From the NCBI GenBank assembly GCA_027031495.1, contig JALVQA010000013.1, positions 5,714 through 69,713 of the forward strand: DNA of 64,000 nucleotides, read 5' to 3'. Positions within the stretch are counted from its first letter, which is position 1; every line of letters starts with the position of its first letter. The position numbers and the translations under genes are program-made. Below, piece by piece: positions 59,401 to 64,000 of this stretch. This stretch comes from Candidatus Moraniibacteriota bacterium. GTDB taxonomy: Bacteria; Patescibacteriota; Minisyncoccia; Moranbacterales; GCA-2747515. The notes beneath the pieces were generated by a model. The model was not told the origin of the DNA. It did not search any database and saw only the letters and a program-made list of their open reading frames with translations.

Positions 59401-61010
59401 TTAGGATCGTCGGCATCTGGATTGGAAATTGTTCCGATGTGCGTGTAACCAACGCCAGAAGGATCGCATGTATCCGTATTCTCATCGTAAGGCGCATACG
59501 ATAGGTCAACATGATCAACACCACTGAGCGCATCCACTGACTGCCCCTGAATAGTAATGCTCGTATTTTGATAGAATACTCCTTCAACCGGTGTGCTAAT
59601 AGTGGATGTTGGCTCCGTAGCATCGTATGTTACTTGACAGCTACCGTCTAGCGACTCGTCACTCACTGCCCATGCTGACTTATTGCCGGCTGTATCCACG
59701 GCGCGCACCGCAAAGCCGTACGTGCCCTCATGTGGCAACCACACACCATTGTACTGGAATATTGAATCAGTGAACACTCTCTTTTCTATGCCAATAGAAC
59801 CGTCCGGCGCATTAAACGACGTGTACTCATAGTGGTCAAAGTCGGGTTCTGTATTATCATCCCAATCAGGCCACATCTTTTGAATCTTTGAGTATACAGG
59901 ACGATCGTCAGTACCACATTCATATACTTTATTACCCTCATGCGGTGCGATGCGACGCAATCCTGTTGGACGTGCCGGCGGACCATCATACGTAATAGAG
60001 CATTCATTACTCCACTCAGAAACGGGCTCATCGGCGTCTACAACGTTGTCATTATCCTCATCAAACCATGCACGTACACGTGAGCCGTATGTCCCATCAT
60101 GTCCAGGGTTACCACCAAATGTTCTGTAATTTGTGTATGGGTGTGTGTAAATCTCGCTACCACGCCAACCATATGCACCTTCCTTCTTATACTGTCGCTG
60201 GTACTTGATCTTCGCATTGCCATGCGCAACATCCGTCCAGTGGATTGATATAGCATTAATATGTGTTACACCACCCATACATGCGAATTCATTCGGATCA
60301 CGTGGCGTTGCAGGATCATCACTACTGCTGTTTTTCTCGTTATATCCTGTCTGAACAGGTGTTGGGATGCCTGTATGAATAGTGTTATCATCAATAGTTT
60401 CTCCATCAACCCATCCACTTGTAGGATTGTCAAATTCTGTCTGCCATGCTGTAAAAGCAAATCTAAAAGAGCACTCTTCGTTTAGAGGTGTATCGTCCGG
60501 TGCGGTGATTGTAAAAATCCACTCATCGTGCGCATCCACCGCCAACATATGCGTCTCACTATCTAAATCAGAAAGGCCTCCATCATACACAACACTACCA
60601 TTCCGCTGCACTTCAACTTTCAGCGCTTCACACAATGCATCATCACCGTCAACTTTCTCAAAGACAACATTGTAATGAAAATCAACGCCACCGACATTCT
60701 CCACTTTTGCCGTTCGCGTAACACTGTCACCCGGCACCATATTCTCGGCAACTGTCGACAATTGCAATCCTGCATCCTGGCTCGTTGCTTTCATATCAAG
60801 ACTGCTGGCACCTATGCTCCCGGTAGCTGTTTCATGATCAATGTATGCTGCGTGCACATCTGTACTCAGCGCACTTACACACACAAAAACAGCAGCGCCA
60901 CTCAGCAGTGTCTTTAACGCCACTTTTAGAAGTTTCTCACAATGTTTTTGACTACAGTATCCTTTCTTCATACTCTTTTTCACATGTCTTATATTATATG
61001 GCACCATCAT
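56412..61010 (-). CDS. Giant SipW-substrate surface protein (TasA-like, Ig/FN3 repeats, lamin-tail domain, charged tail)
   Basis: AAYIDHET...ASSLD SipW-class N-terminus, NMVPGD, AVDTAGNKS, VVLNEFMP...EWVEL.N (LTD); exact start uncertain. Confidence 0.8.
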   Translation of the reverse strand: MMVPYNIRHVKKSMKKGYCSQKHCEKLLKVALKTLLSGAAVFVCVSALSTDVHAAYIDHETATGSIGASSLDMKATSQDAGLQLSTVAENMVPGDSVTRTAKVENVGGVDFHYNVVFEKVDGDDALCEALKVEVQRNGSVVYDGGLSDLDSETHMLAVDAHDEWIFTITAPDDTPLNEECSFRFAFTAWQTEFDNPTSGWVDGETIDDNTIHTGIPTPVQTGYNEKNSSSDDPATPRDPNEFACMGGVTHINAISIHWTDVAHGNAKIKYQRQYKKEGAYGWRGSEIYTHPYTNYRTFGGNPGHDGTYGSRVRAWFDEDNDNVVDADEPVSEWSNECSITYDGPPARPTGLRRIAPHEGNKVYECGTDDRPVYSKIQKMWPDWDDNTEPDFDHYEYTSFNAPDGSIGIEKRVFTDSIFQYNGVWLPHEGTYGFAVRAVDTAGNKSAWAVSDESLDGSCQVTYDATEPTSTISTPVEGVFYQNTSITIQGQSVDALSGVDHVDLSYAPYDENTDTCDPSGVGYTHIGTISNPDADDPNNNTSFTWSYSWTPSTDGTYCIKASATDNVGNSEHSPIVKGITYRRIAPALAILRFDPNEIDTTDSEQTVDVYFKTASDSHIGGPSRTSSVPSYILFVSPSGNKSVTALLQDATAEGDGVYKASVTFPRDAEQGEWVLRRFFLVDDNGNYAQWLTDDLLRQELPVTIYNGVSASVDTEAPILESISIAPHDVNTDYGPQTVTVRMHITDRGTGLDTSTYSGTKFIIGNAGTYQDGRINAVEKFIRDEHRTSGTQQDGKYEITVDIPQWAAQGEWTFTYIALTDNMGNTRRYEVGDLGDFGDLIVTNHAESPADTQHPVLEDATTVTPMVINTEDHVQDVTVQFRVTDNITGLAAGDGYATYRPYLMFYPVGGGTGLRYPITDDDRTSGTDQDGTYSITVTFPRGARSGEWMLMFYLPDYAGNVAVYSDYLKITNKAMVSDTEAPVLEAFDFTPKVVNTVDGAKEITFTARVRDDMSGLDGMNVEIEAANGEEDGFLHINGADCTPTGTSGEVECTGSITLRKGSYPGTWTVVDVWLGDVVSNARQYETRDLVDAGFPTEIENTQVVLNEFMPQPAVGKEWVELRNISNDNVDVDGWYIADSNGQQRVIDVKHTNTGSTTIEPGERLVIQNYRSFYLNNNGDAVKLFDNEGNLVDEYEYDADAVEEGKSIARDWDHDGAWVDPIPTPGKKNNISNDKDEMRAYYKEHCFDESGAPLCSKDFMKKYDLFDERQEEGDTQRVLKTRQADHEVGEKEAAGGDMHEDGAQDASASGSDDKKKDGQEKHDGVAGDTHDATDSAGVADTETKGDVTDKSDDKNGGDKESGDKKEGTDVAGAHDEGGVATGATKGDEKSDDEDADKEGGKYGDSANSEKKDKDGGNGTDADNKKAQDDEREMQESMKEKDGEKEVDKGAEKSDKKEARKKEKKEEEKDGDNERKENKSNKDKAGQKVKSPEKKEEKGLDESKDDGDVDRDGNDGDDQQAPKLVDGVVAPGSESV

Positions 61011-61024
61011 ATACTTTTAGTAGT

Positions 61025-61534
61025 TTACTCCCCTTTTCTTTCACTACCCCTTATTGCTCTCTTTCTTATTTTTAAAATCGCAGAAATCGTGACATACAGC
61101 GCCGGCACCAGAACACATAGAACAACACCCGTCCTCGTCTGCAAAAATGCTATCACATAACCGAGATACGGCAGCGACAACACAACCACCCCCTTTACCG
61201 CACTGTGTGGCACCGCATCCATGTCTGCTGTATTATTCGCATCACCCTTGGTGGTGTACACATCACCATCATTGCGTACAATACGATGTGTCACCAGATC
61301 GCGTTCTTTGTCATGAAAAGTAACAACATCGCCAACCGCATATGTTGCTTGTCTGCGCACAATAACGATGCTCCCTGTCTTTATCGTCGGCTCCATGGAA
61401 CCGGAGCGAATAATGAGTAGGTGATAATCAGAGTGTGGCAGGGCAATCATCGCACCCATAAAGAGTATTAGCCCGCCTGCAAACACAACAACCGTCCACT
61501 CAATAATCTTTCCTACTTTTTTTACACTACTCAT
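61025..61534 (-). CDS. sipW: Signal peptidase I, SipW (ER/archaeal) type
   Basis: SGSMEP, GDVVTF, VTHRIV (Ser-His), TKGDANN..D, LPYLGY. Confidence 0.93.
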   Translation of the reverse strand: MSSVKKVGKIIEWTVVVFAGGLILFMGAMIALPHSDYHLLIIRSGSMEPTIKTGSIVIVRRQATYAVGDVVTFHDKERDLVTHRIVRNDGDVYTTKGDANNTADMDAVPHSAVKGVVVLSLPYLGYVIAFLQTRTGVVLCVLVPALYVTISAILKIRKRAIRGSERKGE

Positions 61535-61624
61535 GCACTAATCACATCATCAAAGAACACTCTCTCCATCAACAATATCCCCTTTGGAAATTCAATCTTT
61601 ACAAGATTCAATCGCCCAAAGAGA

Positions 61625-61644
61625 AGCGGAAGAGCTCTTCCGCT
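61625..61644 (-). terminator. Perfect 20-bp palindrome between tasA-like gene and sipW (terminator or mRNA stabiliser)
   Basis: AGCGGAAGAGCTCTTCCGCT followed by TCTCTTT on minus strand. Confidence 0.5.
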
Positions 61645-61655
61645 CCATAAAAATA

Positions 61656-62327
61656 CTAGTTGTTGTGTACTTGATTGTCTACATTTTGTGTTAATGTAGC
61701 TACAAGGTTAACAACCACAGCGTCAGTCATGTAGACGTTGTCATTGCTACTTTCGGGAAGTGACCAATGAACTGTTACCTCAACAGTTTCCCCCTCTCCC
61801 AGTTCAGCAGAAGGAGTAATGCCGCTATCTACAAGTGCCTTGAGGCTCTTATCAGGAAGCGGGTTAACAAATGTTTCCGTTGATGATGTTGAGCCATCAA
61901 ATCTTGTAATATCCACACTGTCAATCATGATGTGCTCTGAAAGCTCGCCATTACCTGGTCCAACAAATTGACTTGGATCTTGTATTGCCTTTGCGGCAGC
62001 ACCATTTAAGGTACATGTCGTATCGCCACCTTCGTTATTCTCCGGTTCTACACAGTAGTTCTCATAATCTATAAGACCTTCGAAACTCACTTCTACAACA
62101 CCATTAACTGCATTAGAGTCATTTGTCACCTCTCTTGTAACAGTACCAGAGTCACCTGGCGCTACATTGGAGATTACAATCTCTTCATCATCTAGCAGAA
62201 GTTCCATGTATCCGCTTTGGATAGAACCGCTTGCACTCTTTGTGCTTGTCCATGCGGCATAGGAGCCAACACCTGCCACAGCTGCCACCGCTGCAACAGC
62301 AAATGCGCTCATAAGAATCTTTTTCAT
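61656..62327 (-). CDS. TasA/CalY-family major subunit with SipW-cognate signal
   Basis: MKKILMS..GVGSYAAWT...SG.M.L, NVAPGDSG, W.LP....N.YM.D......TLTQ. Confidence 0.85.
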   Translation of the reverse strand: MKKILMSAFAVAAVAAVAGVGSYAAWTSTKSASGSIQSGYMELLLDDEEIVISNVAPGDSGTVTREVTNDSNAVNGVVEVSFEGLIDYENYCVEPENNEGGDTTCTLNGAAAKAIQDPSQFVGPGNGELSEHIMIDSVDITRFDGSTSSTETFVNPLPDKSLKALVDSGITPSAELGEGETVEVTVHWSLPESSNDNVYMTDAVVVNLVATLTQNVDNQVHNN

Positions 62328-62612
62328 AAACTTTATATTTATTACATTTGTTACAAATCTTTTGCCACACACATGCAATTTGCGAGGCGACCCGGATATG
62401 CGTAGCGCATATTTCTCGCACGACACTGCCGGCGTGTGGTGAGACTTTATCATCTCACAGAACCTTCCAAAATATGTATTTCCGACGCTTTATTTTGATA
62501 TTGCTTCCGCTGCCTTGGGAAGTTATGTGATGTATAAAGTAGGCACTGATGACTCTCTTTCCCTTAAAGAACATCATTGCATCCAAGACAACCCTATCAA
62601 CTCGTATACTAC

Positions 62613-62640
62613 AGTATACACCTATGCGCATGGTCGTCAA
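62613..62640 (-). promoter_or_regulatory. Candidate promoter of the tasA-like operon
   Basis: TTGACG-16nt-TATACT; a second extended -10 TGCTATAAT at 62671-62679. Confidence 0.5.
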
Positions 62641-62735
62641 GTATTTTCCACACCACAGCATGCCGCTCTCATTATAGCACTCTCACACATCATGTTATAC
62701 TAAAGGAGCGTAAGTTTTTAATTGAGAATATACTT

Positions 62736-63086
62736 ATGAGTACACTCCACGATGTTTTGGACGCGGCTGTTACGCAGTTGCACACCGACGCCGGCGAGGC
62801 AACTGTAGATACAGCGCTCCTTGAAGCTGTCGCAAAGGGTCTTGGTCCTGCAATCTATAATGATGATGCATCCACTGTGTCATGCTCTGACAAAGATGAG
62901 CTCGCACGTGTGCGTGAAAGTTTTGTTAAAGAAAAACTCGGCGTTGGCGCTCCTGATGAAGAGATTGACGCCGCGATTGCGTCAGTGTGCGAGAAACTCG
63001 GCACAAGCAACCGCAACAAACTGCGCGTTGTTTTCTATTATCTCCTCACACGTTACTTTGGCAAAGAAGATATCTACAAGGCATAG
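62736..63086 (+). CDS. DUF2853 family protein
   Basis: GLGPAIY..DAS.V..SD..EL..V...F...KLG, RNK.R.VFYYLL. Confidence 0.85.
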   Translation: MSTLHDVLDAAVTQLHTDAGEATVDTALLEAVAKGLGPAIYNDDASTVSCSDKDELARVRESFVKEKLGVGAPDEEIDAAIASVCEKLGTSNRNKLRVVFYYLLTRYFGKEDIYKA

Positions 63087-63109
63087 TCTTTGTATGAAAC
63101 GTAAAAAAG

Positions 63110-63143
63110 AAAGCCCTGGTGGTTATTACCGCCAGGGCTTTTT
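63110..63143. terminator. Bidirectional terminator
   Basis: AAAGCCCTGG...CCAGGGCTTT flanked by A/T tracts between convergent genes. Confidence 0.8.
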
Positions 63144-63161
63144 AGTGTGCAGGCCTTCGTC

Positions 63162-64000
63162 CTATTTTGCCCGCACAAAGTTAATGATTGCCGCATGCAC
63201 GTCATCATCCATGATGAGGGCGCGGTGATCAACGCCTGCACTGTTTCGGTACGTCACAAAGCGTGACGCAACAGGAAACGACGCAGAATCCGCTATAACC
63301 ACGCCGTCGCCGTTTGCATACCACACACGCTGCGGCGCGTTTGCAAGGACAACGGAGCGCGGATCACCGTTTGGCCAGCGCGTACGTGCTTTACACGGCA
63401 CGATACCGAGATCACGCACAAGAATTTCTTGTGGCGTCTTTGTGCCCGTGCCTGTAATGTTCAGCACCGTCGCACCATTTGCAAAGAGCGCACCGGCATT
63501 TGCATTAAGATCTTCCAGCCACGTATTGTGACGGCAGAGATCTTCGTATGCGACCGGCTCGGCAATCTTTTTTAGCGGATGCCAGCGACGGATGTAGTCA
63601 AACGTCGGTGTCAGTTTACCAACCGACGGTACATACTCCTGCACGTACTGATAGTCAAACAGCGCAGGACCATTCGTACTGACACCATCAAGAAACGCGC
63701 TGACGTCTTGGTTGATTTGCGCCCACTTCATGACGCCAAGAAGCGTCTCTTTGAGCGCACGTTCACCGCGCGTACCCATGACATCACCACCGTAGAGGTA
63801 GTACGCCTCTACAGCACCACGGTGTGGCGTGCCAACGAAGATGGCTTTTGCCACTTGCGCGCAGAGGCCCTTTTGCATGCATGCACGCACGACGAGACCG
63901 CCGTAGCTGTGCGCAACGATCGCAATAGTGCCACTGTCCGTTTGCTCCGCAAGGGCTCTGACCTGTGCATCAAGATACGGTACCAGCGCATCCGGCGTGT
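63162..64000 (-). CDS. Alpha/beta hydrolase (lipase/LCAT/PGAP1-like), N-terminus beyond window
   Basis: IVAHSYGGL nucleophile elbow, GTPHRGA, GDGVV, DH. Confidence 0.85.
   Translation of the reverse strand, partial: TPDALVPYLDAQVRALAEQTDSGTIAIVAHSYGGLVVRACMQKGLCAQVAKAIFVGTPHRGAVEAYYLYGGDVMGTRGERALKETLLGVMKWAQINQDVSAFLDGVSTNGPALFDYQYVQEYVPSVGKLTPTFDYIRRWHPLKKIAEPVAYEDLCRHNTWLEDLNANAGALFANGATVLNITGTGTKTPQEILVRDLGIVPCKARTRWPNGDPRSVVLANAPQRVWYANGDGVVIADSASFPVASRFVTYRNSAGVDHRALIMDDDVHAAIINFVRAK

Noticed and set aside
1-64000. CRISPR array, DGR/retron reverse transcriptase, IS elements, inteins
   Set aside because: No regularly spaced repeats, no RT or transposase motifs; dnaB is normal length
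1-64000. Alternative genetic code 25 (TGA=Gly)
   Set aside because: Conserved genes are full length in code 11 and TGA serves as stop (e.g. rplP)

Overview
64 kb of a bacterial chromosome read in the standard genetic code. Gene content and style point to a Patescibacteria/CPR (Parcubacteria-like) organism: a T4SS-pilin (PF18895)-type protein, extended ribosomal proteins, AT-rich mostly SD-less starts, and LDH plus 2-oxoacid:ferredoxin oxidoreductase fermentation. The taxon is inferred. Contents in order: tuf and the S10/spc ribosomal cluster (1-8.5 kb); housekeeping genes; tRNA-Lys(TTT); cysS-dnaB-recR; a suf Fe-S operon scattered over 16 kb by inserted genes; OFOR; xseAB; miaB; and a SipW/TasA-type surface-filament operon. 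The most unusual region is ~15.2-19.0 kb on the minus strand. It has tandem consensus sigma70 promoters, boxA-like elements and a hairpin-dense, largely non-coding ~3.6 kb unit. Its few genes carry strong, hairpin-sequestered Shine-Dalgarno sites and include a DUF1874/AcrIII-1-type cA4 ring nuclease homolog. There is no CRISPR array, cas gene or integrase in the window. Several candidate host-interaction proteins are present: a pilin-peptidase fusion, two lytic transglycosylases with internal twin-arginine motifs, and a multi-domain protease-inhibitor-like protein. All calls are by-eye motif recognition; no database searches were run.
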